Shown here in pieces: positions 10,358 to 19,327 of a stretch of 64,000 bases of DNA; within the stretch, counting starts at the first letter, position 1; every line of letters begins with the position of its first letter. Position numbers and translations under genes: made by a program. The notes beneath the pieces were generated by a model, which searched no databases, was not told the origin of the DNA, and saw nothing but the letters and a program-made list of their open reading frames with translations. Source of the stretch: an uncultured Candidatus Saccharibacteria bacterium. Its GTDB lineage: Bacteria; Patescibacteriota; WWE3; UBA101185; UBA10185. The stretch spans positions 5,600-69,599 of the forward strand of contig CAZSDQ010000002.1 in the NCBI GenBank assembly GCA_964605725.1. The letters are read 5' to 3'.

Positions 10358-12089
10358 AGATGATGTAGTGTCAGTAAAAATAGGAGGTCCGGCAGGAACA
10401 GGTGTTAAATCTGTAGGTTTGATGTTGGCAAAAATAGCAGCAAGGTCGGGTTACCAAATTTGTGATAACACAGAGTATCCGTCTTTAATTAGAGGTGGTC
10501 ACAATGTGATGCAAGTAAATTTTTCAGAAAGAGAAGTTACATCACCAAGAGTAAAGTCTGATCTTCTAATAGCTTTTGATCAGTTAACAATTGACCTGCA
10601 TTTTTCAGAAATCGAAAGCGGGGGAGGAATAATTTTTGATTCAAATTCAAAAATGGATGTTTCAAAAGTTTCAAAAGACGTTTCCCTTTACGGTATTCCT
10701 TTAAAAAAACTAGCATTTGAAGCCGGTGAAAAAAATATCTTTTTAAATATTGTGGCTTTGTCTTCCGCAATTTGTCTTTTAGGTGGAAATATTGAAACAT
10801 TTAAAAAATTAATCGAAGAAGAATACGGTGATAAAGGAGAAAAGATTATTGAGGCTGACAAAAAAGCCGCTGATTTAGGATACAACTTTGTTTTGGATAA
10901 TTTTAAAAATGACCTTCACGATTATATGACTGTGATTGATTCTTTTAGTTCCCCTGCTCCTTATATGGTTATAAGTGGGAATGAGGCGGCCGCTTTAGGT
11001 GCTATATCCGCAGGTATGCAGTTTGCCGCAATATACCCAATGTCTCCCATCAACAATATCCTCCATGTCTTGGCCGCCAATCAGCAGAAATTTGGTTACA
11101 TTTACAAACAACCAGAAGATGAGATATCGGCAATAAACATGTCCATCGGCGCGTCTTTTGCTGGAGTTCGTTCTATGACCGCAACTTCAGGAGGTGGATT
11201 TTGTTTGATGACAGAGGCTTATGGACTTGCGGGAATTACCGAAACACCTTTGGTAATAGTTGAGGGGATGAGAGGTGGCCCTGCCACCGGTCTTCCTACT
11301 TGGAGTGGGCAAGGTGACCTTCAAATGATTTTGCACTCTCATCAAGACGAATTTCCAAGATTAGTTTTAGCTCCTGGAGATGTTGAAGAAACTTACAATC
11401 TCACAGCAAAAGCTTTTGATTTGGCTGACAAATATCAAACTACCGTAGTTGTTTTGTTAGATAAAAATATTTGTGAAAACGACAGAACCGTTTTATTTCC
11501 GGATGTTTCAAATATAAAAATTGATAGAGGAAAGTTTACAAAAGAAAAAGTTGAAGATTTCAAAAGATATGAATTTTCAGAAGACGGTGTTTCTACAAGA
11601 AGTATTCCAGGAGTTGGAAATTATTTTCTTGCTAACTCTGATGAGCATGATGAATACGGTTATTCCACAGAAGAAATTGAACTTCGAAATAAAATGATGA
11701 AAAAAAGAATGCAGAAGCTTATTACATGCGCTCAAAACGACATGCTAGAACCAGAAGTTTTTGGTCCTGAGAATGCTGATATAACGGTACTTTCGTGGGG
11801 TAGTAATAAAGGAAGTATTATCGAAGCTGTTAAACGTTTTTCTAATGTAAATTATGTTCACGTTACATGGATGAATCCTTTTCCCGCAGAATTTTTAACA
11901 AAGGTTTTATCTAAGGCTAAGCATGTAGTTGATATTGAGTGTAATTATTCCGGCCAACTAGCAGATCTTGTAAGAGAAAAAACAGGAATTGATATAAAAG
12001 ATAGATATTTAAGATCAGACGGCAGGGTGATTTATCCGGAGGAAATAGTAGAGAAATTAAATTCAGTGGAAGGAGTTAAAAAAATATGA
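10347..12089 (+). CDS. 2-oxoacid (pyruvate/2-oxoglutarate):ferredoxin oxidoreductase, fused gamma-alpha subunit
   Basis: N-terminal gamma-domain motif GGPAGTGVKSVGLMLAKIAARSGY followed by alpha-subunit regions (GNEAAALGAISAG, YPMSPI, TETPLVIV). Overlaps the upstream gene by 11 nt. Confidence 0.8.
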   Translation: MVNKDDVVSVKIGGPAGTGVKSVGLMLAKIAARSGYQICDNTEYPSLIRGGHNVMQVNFSEREVTSPRVKSDLLIAFDQLTIDLHFSEIESGGGIIFDSNSKMDVSKVSKDVSLYGIPLKKLAFEAGEKNIFLNIVALSSAICLLGGNIETFKKLIEEEYGDKGEKIIEADKKAADLGYNFVLDNFKNDLHDYMTVIDSFSSPAPYMVISGNEAAALGAISAGMQFAAIYPMSPINNILHVLAANQQKFGYIYKQPEDEISAINMSIGASFAGVRSMTATSGGGFCLMTEAYGLAGITETPLVIVEGMRGGPATGLPTWSGQGDLQMILHSHQDEFPRLVLAPGDVEETYNLTAKAFDLADKYQTTVVVLLDKNICENDRTVLFPDVSNIKIDRGKFTKEKVEDFKRYEFSEDGVSTRSIPGVGNYFLANSDEHDEYGYSTEEIELRNKMMKKRMQKLITCAQNDMLEPEVFGPENADITVLSWGSNKGSIIEAVKRFSNVNYVHVTWMNPFPAEFLTKVLSKAKHVVDIECNYSGQLADLVREKTGIDIKDRYLRSDGRVIYPEEIVEKLNSVEGVKKI

Positions 12090-12940
12090 CACTAGAAGAA
12101 TTGAAAACTCCATATACTCCTAACTGGTGTCCTGGATGTGGAAATTTTAATATTTGGGCTGCTTTTAAAAATGCGGCAGTAAAAGAAGGTTGGGATAATA
12201 CTAATACAGCTTTAGTTGCAGGAATAGGTTGCCACGGACATATTTTAAATTTTGTAAAACTTACATCTTTTGAAGGTTTGCATGGTAGGGCAATTCCTGT
12301 GGCTTCCGGTCTAAAAATGGCAAACCACAGACTTAATGTTTTTGCTCATGTTGGCGATGGTGACTGTTTAGGTGAAGGTGGTAATCATTTTGTTCATGCG
12401 GCCCGAAGAAATCATAATATTACAGTACTTTTGCACGATAATGCTCTATATGCTTTGACTGCCGGACAGACCTCTCCTGCTACTGGAAAAGGTGTGAAAA
12501 CTAAATCTACTCCTGCAGGAAACCCCGATGAGCCGATTTATCCTATGGCTTTGGCAATTGCCTCTGGGGCTACGTTTGTTGCTCGGGCTTATTCTGGTGA
12601 CATGCCAAAACTTACAGAGCTAATTATTGAGGCTAATAAACACAGGGGTTTTGCGTTTATAGACATTCTTCAGCCGTGTGTCACTTTTAATAAAATATGT
12701 ACACATGCAATGTTTCTACAAAATACTTATTATCTTGGAAAAGACTATGATCCGACAAATAAAAAAGAAGCTTTTGAGAAAGCTCACGAGTTTGGGGAAA
12801 AGAAAATTCCCGTTGGTATTTTTTACAGAGAAGAAAAACCAACCGTAGAGGATGGTTACCCACAAATTTCAGAAATTCCGCTGGTTAATCAAAAACCAAA
12901 ATTAAACAGCCTTACTGATTTATTCAAAAAATATACTTGA
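12086..12940 (+). CDS. 2-oxoacid:ferredoxin oxidoreductase beta subunit (TPP-binding)
   Basis: N-terminal WCPGCG motif and TPP-binding GDGDCLGEGGNHF. Start is translationally coupled to the alpha-subunit gene. Confidence 0.8.
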   Translation: MTLEELKTPYTPNWCPGCGNFNIWAAFKNAAVKEGWDNTNTALVAGIGCHGHILNFVKLTSFEGLHGRAIPVASGLKMANHRLNVFAHVGDGDCLGEGGNHFVHAARRNHNITVLLHDNALYALTAGQTSPATGKGVKTKSTPAGNPDEPIYPMALAIASGATFVARAYSGDMPKLTELIIEANKHRGFAFIDILQPCVTFNKICTHAMFLQNTYYLGKDYDPTNKKEAFEKAHEFGEKKIPVGIFYREEKPTVEDGYPQISEIPLVNQKPKLNSLTDLFKKYT

Positions 12941-12984
12941 TAAGGTAGTATTTAATTAGTCAGATAATTTAAAAAGGATTAAAA

Positions 12985-13230
12985 ATGGAAGATAAAGAAG
13001 TTCAAATTGGAAAGTATAAAGTAAAAGTTTTAAGAGATGTTTGTATTAGCGCCGCCTCTTGTGTAGCTTTTTCCCCGGCTGTTTTTGAATTAGACGGAGA
13101 GTCAAAAGCTGTTATAAAAGATGGGGCGACCGATGAAGAAACAAACATTTTACTTGCAGCTCAATCATGCCCAACAGGTGCTATTGTAATAACTGATGCC
13201 GAGACAGGTGAGAGAGTTTGGCCTAAGTAA
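12985..13230 (+). CDS. small single-cluster ferredoxin (Fer4_13/15-like, 3-Cys type)
   Basis: 81 aa. Pattern DVCISAASC...ELDGESKAV...AAQSCPTGAIVI matches the CxxxxxC...CP single [3Fe/4Fe-4S] ferredoxin family. Sits directly downstream of the OFOR genes. Confidence 0.65.
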   Translation: MEDKEVQIGKYKVKVLRDVCISAASCVAFSPAVFELDGESKAVIKDGATDEETNILLAAQSCPTGAIVITDAETGERVWPK

Positions 13231-13323
13231 GAAGTTTTTTTCAAATATAGCATTTTTCGTAAAACAGCTACCTTACTTGTATTCAGTATTGCCAAAATAC
13301 TTTACCAAATGTAAAAAGAAAGT

Positions 13324-13725
13324 ATGAAGATTTATGTATTCGGAAATGAAGATTTAGATTTTGATAATAAAGCCATCATTGTTTCGAAAAAACTTGAAAA
13401 AGCCATAAAAAATTGTGATTTTATTTATGTTAAGCCAAATCAAGACCTTCCATTTGTGGGTGAGGAAGAAGTTGTAATTATGGATACAATTGAAGGGATT
13501 GAGGATATAACGGTAATAAATAATGATCAGGTTAAGAATATATCACTTGAAAAAAGAACTACCGCACACGATTTTGATTTAGGCTTCCAACTCAAGTATT
13601 TAAAAAAGATAGGGAAGATTGGAAAAGTAACAATAATTGGTCTGCCGATGCAAAAAGACGTAGATTATTTACGAATCCAATCAATCTTAAGGAAGTTAGT
13701 TGCGCAGGACATGCAAGGATCGTAG
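13324..13725 (+). CDS. hydrogenase maturation endopeptidase (HycI/HoxW-like)
   Basis: 133 aa. Segments VVIMDTIEG..ITVI, KRTTAHDFDLGFQLKYL and VTIIGLPM align to the HycI pattern (LLIVDA..., MTTHNMPLNYL, VIFLGIQP). Convergent with the hydrogenase large subunit gene. Confidence 0.55.
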   Translation: MKIYVFGNEDLDFDNKAIIVSKKLEKAIKNCDFIYVKPNQDLPFVGEEEVVIMDTIEGIEDITVINNDQVKNISLEKRTTAHDFDLGFQLKYLKKIGKIGKVTIIGLPMQKDVDYLRIQSILRKLVAQDMQGS

Positions 13726-14966
13726 GCTCTGATTATACTTTCTGCATCAACTTTTAATTTTTCTTCGTCTTTATCTAAGTTTTCATTAAAATACTTTTTA
13801 AGGTCGTTCTCTATTGCTATTTGATTCTGAGAAGTTGGTACAATCACATCGTAATCAACGACTATACCTTTTTCATCTACTACAGCTTTGTGATACAGTG
13901 TGCCTCTAGGAGCTTCTATTACGCCAATCCCAACCCCAGCTTTTAGTGTTTTTTTAATTGGCTTTTCATCAACGATTTTTATGTTTTTCAAAATTTCTAT
14001 TGCATCATCTACACAATGAAGTATTTCTATAGCTTGTGCCAAATTGTTGTGATAAATATTTTTCGAAGGAAACACATCAAGAAATTCTTTTGTGTTTTCT
14101 AAAGTTCTTGGATTTAGCTGGTCTTTATTTAAATTAATTCTTGCTAAAGCGCCTAAAACATAATTTCCGTGATTATCTGAAAAAACGTACCCTTCTGATT
14201 GTGAATATGGAACTACCACAACATCAAAATGTTCTAAGAATTTATCAGGAGGTATTTTTCTACCGTCTAAACTAATCAGAGTACCCTCTAGAAAATCAAA
14301 TTTATTTTCATTTCTTAAAGCTACATAATCTACATCTTGTTCAAGAGAAGCACCGTAATCGTAAAAAGCTTTAATTCCCCTTAATACTTGAGGCCTTATT
14401 TTTTCCAATCTTTCCAAAAGTTTCGGGAACCTTGATTCGTCAGGTAGTTTTAAAAATCCTCCGATAGTTGGTATAGGAGCATGTATAGCCGCACCGATAA
14501 CTACTTCTGATATATCAGTACCGAGTTGTTTTATATCAAAAGAATCATGAAGAAGAGTATGGCCCAAATCACCGTGGTCGTCGGGAATATCCAAAATAGA
14601 ATCCAATCCTAATAAATCCGGTAGAACAAAAAAATATAAATGAAGGGCATGGTCTCTAATTATTAGAGCGTCATAAGCTAATCTTCTTAAAGTTTTTGTT
14701 TGTTCTGTAACTTCAATTCCCTGCGAATTTTCTATTGCTTTGATGGTAGCAAAAAGATGAGCAACAGAGCACGTTCCGCATATTCTTGATAAAAATGACG
14801 GAGCAGAGATCAGTGGTTTTTTCTTTACAGCGTCAGTATAAAATCGTCTAGAGTCCTGGATCTTAAATTTCACATCAGTTACCTTTCCGTTTTCAATTGT
14901 GACGTCAAGGCCCGCAGAGCCTTCGATTTTAGTGATATTTTCGATTGTGATATTTCCGCTGTGCAT
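13665..14966 (-). CDS. [NiFe]-hydrogenase large (alpha) subunit, group 3-like
   Basis: N-terminal L1 motif RICGTCSVAH and C-terminal DPCMSCATN followed by a 9-aa extension. At 433 aa it matches the size of group 3b alpha subunits. Confidence 0.8.
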   Translation of the reverse strand: MHSGNITIENITKIEGSAGLDVTIENGKVTDVKFKIQDSRRFYTDAVKKKPLISAPSFLSRICGTCSVAHLFATIKAIENSQGIEVTEQTKTLRRLAYDALIIRDHALHLYFFVLPDLLGLDSILDIPDDHGDLGHTLLHDSFDIKQLGTDISEVVIGAAIHAPIPTIGGFLKLPDESRFPKLLERLEKIRPQVLRGIKAFYDYGASLEQDVDYVALRNENKFDFLEGTLISLDGRKIPPDKFLEHFDVVVVPYSQSEGYVFSDNHGNYVLGALARINLNKDQLNPRTLENTKEFLDVFPSKNIYHNNLAQAIEILHCVDDAIEILKNIKIVDEKPIKKTLKAGVGIGVIEAPRGTLYHKAVVDEKGIVVDYDVIVPTSQNQIAIENDLKKYFNENLDKDEEKLKVDAESIIRAYDPCMSCATNFLKIDWIRK

Positions 14967-14969
14967 TTT

Positions 14970-15473
14970 TTATATTATATTAAACAACTTTAAATATTTA
15001 TCCATTACGGATAGGAATTTTGTCACATTCATCGGACACCCCTCTATCTTATCGTCTACTTTTACCACATCTTCGAGTTTTTGTACCTTTTTATTATAGT
15101 CAAAATGCTCTAAATACCATCTAATTCTGTCATCAATATCTTTTTCTTCAAAAGCATTTCTGCTGGCCGAGGGCATTCCTGTACAGGCGCATTGTCCTAC
15201 AGCTACAACATATTTTGCATTATCTCTTATTTTTTTTACTTCATCTTCTTGAGTCTTTGATGAGATAGCTCCTTCTACAAATGCTACATCAAGGTCTTCC
15301 GATTCGTTTTTGGTTTTTAAAGGTCTGATGTATTTGAAATCTATGAGTTTCTTCCACTCGTCAAAGTGTTTATTTAAAAGTTCAGTAAAAAGTATAGTGC
15401 TGTCCTCACTGCACGTAAAACAAAACCATCCGATTGCTAATTTTTTATTTTTTTGAATTTGGGAGGCTTCCAT
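14970..15473 (-). CDS. [NiFe]-hydrogenase small (delta) subunit
   Basis: Motifs CFTC, GQCACTGMP and GCPM typical of NuoB-like hydrogenase small subunits. Lies immediately upstream of the large-subunit gene on the same strand. Confidence 0.7.
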   Translation of the reverse strand: MEASQIQKNKKLAIGWFCFTCSEDSTILFTELLNKHFDEWKKLIDFKYIRPLKTKNESEDLDVAFVEGAISSKTQEDEVKKIRDNAKYVVAVGQCACTGMPSASRNAFEEKDIDDRIRWYLEHFDYNKKVQKLEDVVKVDDKIEGCPMNVTKFLSVMDKYLKLFNII

Positions 15474-15690
15474 TTTTTAATTTTTTTAATACCGGAACAT
15501 TAAATTTGTACTTATCCAGTATTAAATAAACAATCTCAACTATACCCAAGGTGTTGAAGAACAAAATAACTGCAAAAAATATTTTATGATTATTTTTTGA
15601 TGCTCTCCAAAGGGTGTAGCCTTTCAAACCAACAAGTATAAGCGTTAGTAAAGTAAACAAAGCAGGGTTCATATTTTTTATAAATTCCAT
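15445..15690 (-). CDS. small hypothetical membrane protein (2 TM)
   Basis: ORF only; two predicted TM helices. Confidence 0.3.
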   Translation of the reverse strand: MEFIKNMNPALFTLLTLILVGLKGYTLWRASKNNHKIFFAVILFFNTLGIVEIVYLILDKYKFNVPVLKKLKNGSLPNSKK

Positions 15691-15780
15691 AGTTGAATTG
15701 TATCAGATTTATTTTTACTTATTTAAGATAAGTTAATGTGTTTGTTTGTAAATATAGATTTTTAGTTTTATCATTTATGT

Positions 15781-16740
15781 ATGAAAAAAACATTCTCAAT
15801 ATCAGAAGCCATTTCGTTCGGTTGGAGAACTTTCAAGTCAAATTGGAAGTTTTGGATTGTTGCATCTTTGATAACCGGTATGGCCACCGGGTCCTCAAGT
15901 TTACCAGGTGTCGGTAATTTAAATAGATCAAGTTCTACACAGACTTCTTCTATTACTAAAACGGTAGGTCGGGATTTACCTTACCCAAAGGAACCGATTA
16001 TTTATGATAAGGTACTTGGAGCTAGTACCGCTGTCCAAAAATTACCTATGTCAGATAAAGGACAATCTTCAAACTCGATGTTTATATTAATTCCTTTTGT
16101 AATCATTACAGTCGTCGGATTTGTAGCTGTTGGTGTTATAGGAATATTAGTATCAACAGCACTTAGAATGGGTTATGTAAATCTAACTTTGGATTCTGTC
16201 AGAAATAAACAGGTTTATTACAAAACAATATTGAATCAGATGAGTTTAAAAAAAGCATGGAGATTTTTGATAGCGAATTTTCTTGTTACATTAAACATAA
16301 TAGTTGGCTTAATTCTCTTTATAATCCCAGGAATTTTATATGCTCTAAAATACTATTTTGTTTCGTACTTAATTGTTGATAAAGATATGAAACCAAGAGA
16401 GGCTATGAAGGAGAGTGGTAGATTAACAAAAGGTGTGAGGTTTAAACTCGTTTCTTTAACAGTCGTTTATTTTCTAATTGCTATTTTAGGATTTTTAGTT
16501 TTTGGGGTTGGCGTAATTCCTGCTTCTATAGTTATTTCAATTGCTAATGCTTATATTTTTAATAAACTTCTTGAACAGAGTGAACCCGCGGTTGTTCCTC
16601 CAAGTCCTATAATTCCCGATGTACCTGCTATTGAGACGCCACTTCCTCCATCTATTGAAGTACCTTCGATTAATTCAGGAAATCTTTTGGCTGAAAACCA
16701 AACTCTTAATGAGAGTTCATCTATAAAAACAGAAAATTGA
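15781..16740 (+). CDS. hypothetical integral membrane protein (DUF975-like topology) with a Pro-rich C-terminal tail
   Basis: ORF with 5-6 TM helices and an ST-rich loop; followed by a hairpin terminator. Confidence 0.5.
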   Translation: MKKTFSISEAISFGWRTFKSNWKFWIVASLITGMATGSSSLPGVGNLNRSSSTQTSSITKTVGRDLPYPKEPIIYDKVLGASTAVQKLPMSDKGQSSNSMFILIPFVIITVVGFVAVGVIGILVSTALRMGYVNLTLDSVRNKQVYYKTILNQMSLKKAWRFLIANFLVTLNIIVGLILFIIPGILYALKYYFVSYLIVDKDMKPREAMKESGRLTKGVRFKLVSLTVVYFLIAILGFLVFGVGVIPASIVISIANAYIFNKLLEQSEPAVVPPSPIIPDVPAIETPLPPSIEVPSINSGNLLAENQTLNESSSIKTEN

Positions 16741-16750
16741 TAAAAAAATT

Positions 16751-16794
16751 AGCGACAATCTTTGTTTTATCAAATGATTGTCGCTTCTTTTTTA
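16751..16794. terminator. rho-independent terminator hairpin, possibly bidirectional
   Basis: agcgacaatc...gattgtcgct inverted repeat followed by a T-run. Located between two convergent ORFs. Confidence 0.5.
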
Positions 16795-17004
16795 AAAAGG
16801 TTTTGGTAAGCAGCACCCCCGGCCTTTATTATAGCAGTGATAATTTCCGCTTGTTCCTTCACAGCCCGGGCACTCACAATGACACTCCCCCTCTACATAT
16901 GGCTCTCTATGCGGAGCTGGTATAGTTTTTCCTTGTGGAATCACTATATCGTAATTTAAGGGTAACGGTAACTGAACATCAACTCTCTTTCTCTTTCTCT
17001 TCAT
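16792..17004 (-). CDS. small cysteine-rich protein (70 aa) with a KRKRKR N-terminus
   Basis: Strong RBS (agaaagaggagaag 4 nt before the ATG). Contains 7 Cys in the stretch ECHCECPGCEG...HCY...GCC. The region is locally GC-rich. Confidence 0.4.
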   Translation of the reverse strand: MKRKRKRVDVQLPLPLNYDIVIPQGKTIPAPHREPYVEGECHCECPGCEGTSGNYHCYNKGRGCCLPKPF

Positions 17005-17126
17005 CTTCTCCTCTTTCTATTTTTTTGGATTATTGCCTGAATTTTATAGCACTCACTACAATATGTCAAAAACTACAGGATATTAAATATTTATAGGTAA
17101 CTATTGTGTATGAGTTGTGTTGTAGA

Positions 17127-17774
17127 TTAGTCCCAGCCTTTTGAAAGCATTTCTCTGATCTTATTTTTGTACTCACCAATTTTATCTTCTGCATCTTCCT
17201 TATCTTCTCTGGCGTCTTCACAGGAATCTTTAAAAAATTCTCTTGCTGATTCAGTATCAGCTTCGCAAGTCATTTCTATTCTGCTTTCGGCCGAATCACG
17301 CATCATCCTGTTTTTATCTAACTCAAAGAGATAATCCTCGAGCTTTACCATGTTATCCCATGAATAACATTTATTACTCTTAAACTCATCTTCCTCAATT
17401 TCAACTCTGTAACATTTTCTTTCGGTCACAGGCTCTGATTGTACTGTTGTATTAGTATTGTATTGTGTATTAGAGTTCTGATTAGTACTTGGTTGTTGTG
17501 GTGTTTGCTGTACTGAAGGTTCAGTTTTGGAAACGGTCTTTTTATTTCTTTCAAGTGAAGTCAGTTCTTTTATTAACTTTTCATTTTCTACATTTCTTTG
17601 TTGAAGTAAGCTGTATTCTTTTATTGGGCTTATTAGCTTGTCTTGTATTAAGTTACTTTTTGAGACCTCGTTGATAGTTAATCCAAATAATATTAAGAAA
17701 ATGACATATGAAATAGTAATAACAATCAAACCTTTGTTAAAAATTTTATTTTCAACTAATTTTTTTTCTTTCAT
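17127..17774 (-). CDS. hypothetical membrane-anchored protein with an N/Q/T-rich linker
   Basis: N-terminal TM helix and a low-complexity QQTPQQPSTNQNSNTQYNTNTT segment. Confidence 0.45.
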   Translation of the reverse strand: MKEKKLVENKIFNKGLIVITISYVIFLILFGLTINEVSKSNLIQDKLISPIKEYSLLQQRNVENEKLIKELTSLERNKKTVSKTEPSVQQTPQQPSTNQNSNTQYNTNTTVQSEPVTERKCYRVEIEEDEFKSNKCYSWDNMVKLEDYLFELDKNRMMRDSAESRIEMTCEADTESAREFFKDSCEDAREDKEDAEDKIGEYKNKIREMLSKGWD

Positions 17775-17779
17775 TTCTC

Positions 17780-18316
17780 TTATAAAGAAGGGTCGAAAAG
17801 ATCTTCTGACTCAAAACCAAATAATCTCGCAGCTACTAGTCCCGGGAACGTTTGCACTGAGTTGTTATATCCCATTACAGTTCTGTTATATTCTTCCCTA
17901 TAGGCAGCGATGAGATTTTCAATATTTTTTAAATCTTCGGTAAGAGAAAGGAAATTTTGGTTAGCTTTTAATTCGGGATTACTTTCCACTACCATCATTA
18001 ATGACCTCAAGGTATTACTAAGCATGTTTTCTGTTTTAGCGGCTTCGGTAGCAGTGCTGGGTGTATTAACAGATGATCTCATTTCAGCTACACCCTTAAA
18101 GGTGTCTTTTTCATGAGTAGCGTAGTCTTTTGTTAGGTTGATAAGATTTTCTACAAGATCAGCTTTCTTCCTAATTTGTACGTTGATATCAGAAAGATCT
18201 GTTTTAACCTGATTTCTTTTTTTAACGAAATTATTATAAGTAGACCAGAGGTAAAGTAAGGTGAAAAGAACTACTACTAGAGCATACATTAGAATTGGTG
18301 ATAAATATTCTTGCAT
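17780..18316 (-). CDS. lemA: LemA family protein
   Basis: LemA motifs (NNFVKKRNQV, ESNPELKANQNFLSL, TFPGLVAARLFGF). The start is placed at the internal Met (MQEYLSP..., ATG at 18314-18316) because the upstream 99 codons of the longer ORF have no LemA similarity. Confidence 0.7.
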   Translation of the reverse strand: MQEYLSPILMYALVVVLFTLLYLWSTYNNFVKKRNQVKTDLSDINVQIRKKADLVENLINLTKDYATHEKDTFKGVAEMRSSVNTPSTATEAAKTENMLSNTLRSLMMVVESNPELKANQNFLSLTEDLKNIENLIAAYREEYNRTVMGYNNSVQTFPGLVAARLFGFESEDLFDPSL

Positions 18317-18655
18317 AAGATAATTATACAGATGTTGGAAAAATAACAATACGATTTGCGCATTTGATTTGTTTATATTAAGGTCTACTTGGCTCGCCGA
18401 CCGTAACCTTACTATAAACAAATATTTATCCCAATCTATCAAGGTTTTTGAAGATTTTAAATTGATGGCTGAGACAAGACAGGAGATTGATAAGTTGAAC
18501 AATGTGGTGAAAATGAGTGAGTTTGCTAATTGATTAGTGAAGTAAACAAAATTTTGAGTCTTTAAGGTTCCATCTATAAAAACGATATGTCTTGAATTTA
18601 TATCATTGAGCATTTTTTGATATGATTAAAAAGTATTAAATTAAAAGGAGGTTTT

Positions 18656-19159
18656 ATGGGAGATGAAAAGGTTGATAATAACAGTTTGGAAGAGAAATTA
18701 ACTTCTGAGCAGTTAGAGTCTTTTAATAACAGCGTCAGCAACCTTGGTAGTGTTTTGCATGACGAGTGGAGAAAGACACGTTTAAAGGAAGATGGTACAT
18801 ATGAGCCAAGGATAAAGCATACTAAGGATGAGGGTTGGATTGAATCTCACGGAACAGACGAGATTGACATTGCTAATACAAGTTTTGAAGATTTGCCTTC
18901 GGATTGGCAGTACGAAAATAGAGCTTCCGCATATGTGACAATGAGTTTAATATATGAAGCCGGCATGTCGGGAGAAAACTTAGATGATAGTTTTGTCGAT
19001 AAAGCAAGTTCAAAATTACATGATGCTTGGTTGGACAGGAATGGTTCTTGGGCCCCTGCGGAACAAAAAGTTAGTTTTGACGAATTATCGGAGGAAGAGA
19101 AGGATAAAGATAGGGTGATTATTCAAAAGGGATTGGAGATAATAGGTAAGAAAGAGTGA
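18656..19159 (+). CDS. hypothetical acidic protein
   Basis: ORF with RBS aaaggaggtttt upstream. Confidence 0.45.
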   Translation: MGDEKVDNNSLEEKLTSEQLESFNNSVSNLGSVLHDEWRKTRLKEDGTYEPRIKHTKDEGWIESHGTDEIDIANTSFEDLPSDWQYENRASAYVTMSLIYEAGMSGENLDDSFVDKASSKLHDAWLDRNGSWAPAEQKVSFDELSEEEKDKDRVIIQKGLEIIGKKE

Positions 19160-19252
19160 TAAATATTTTATAAATCTCTCTAGACATTGGCTGTGAGTAA
19201 AACATACATAGTTTTGTGAGATAAGGAATTAGTTTTTATATTAAGGTCTTCT

Positions 19253-19327
19253 TGGCTCCCCCGCGTGGACTCGAACCACGAACCTGCCGGTTAACAGCCG
19301 GACGCTCTACCATTGAGCTACAGGGGA
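19253..19327 (-). tRNA. tRNA-Asn (anticodon GUU)
   Basis: Reverse complement reads TCCCCTGTAGCTCAATGGTAGAGCGTCCGGCTGTTAACCGGCAGGTTCGTGGTTCGAGTCCACGCGGGGGAGCCA. This folds as a cloverleaf with a GTT anticodon, a U1 start as in E. coli tRNA-Asn, and an encoded CCA. Confidence 0.85.

Noticed and set aside
17780-18613. Full 277-aa version of the LemA ORF
   Set aside because: The N-terminal 99 codons (MLNDINSRH…) have no LemA similarity and are hydrophobic or low-complexity. An internal Met at 18316 gives a canonical-length LemA (~178 aa).
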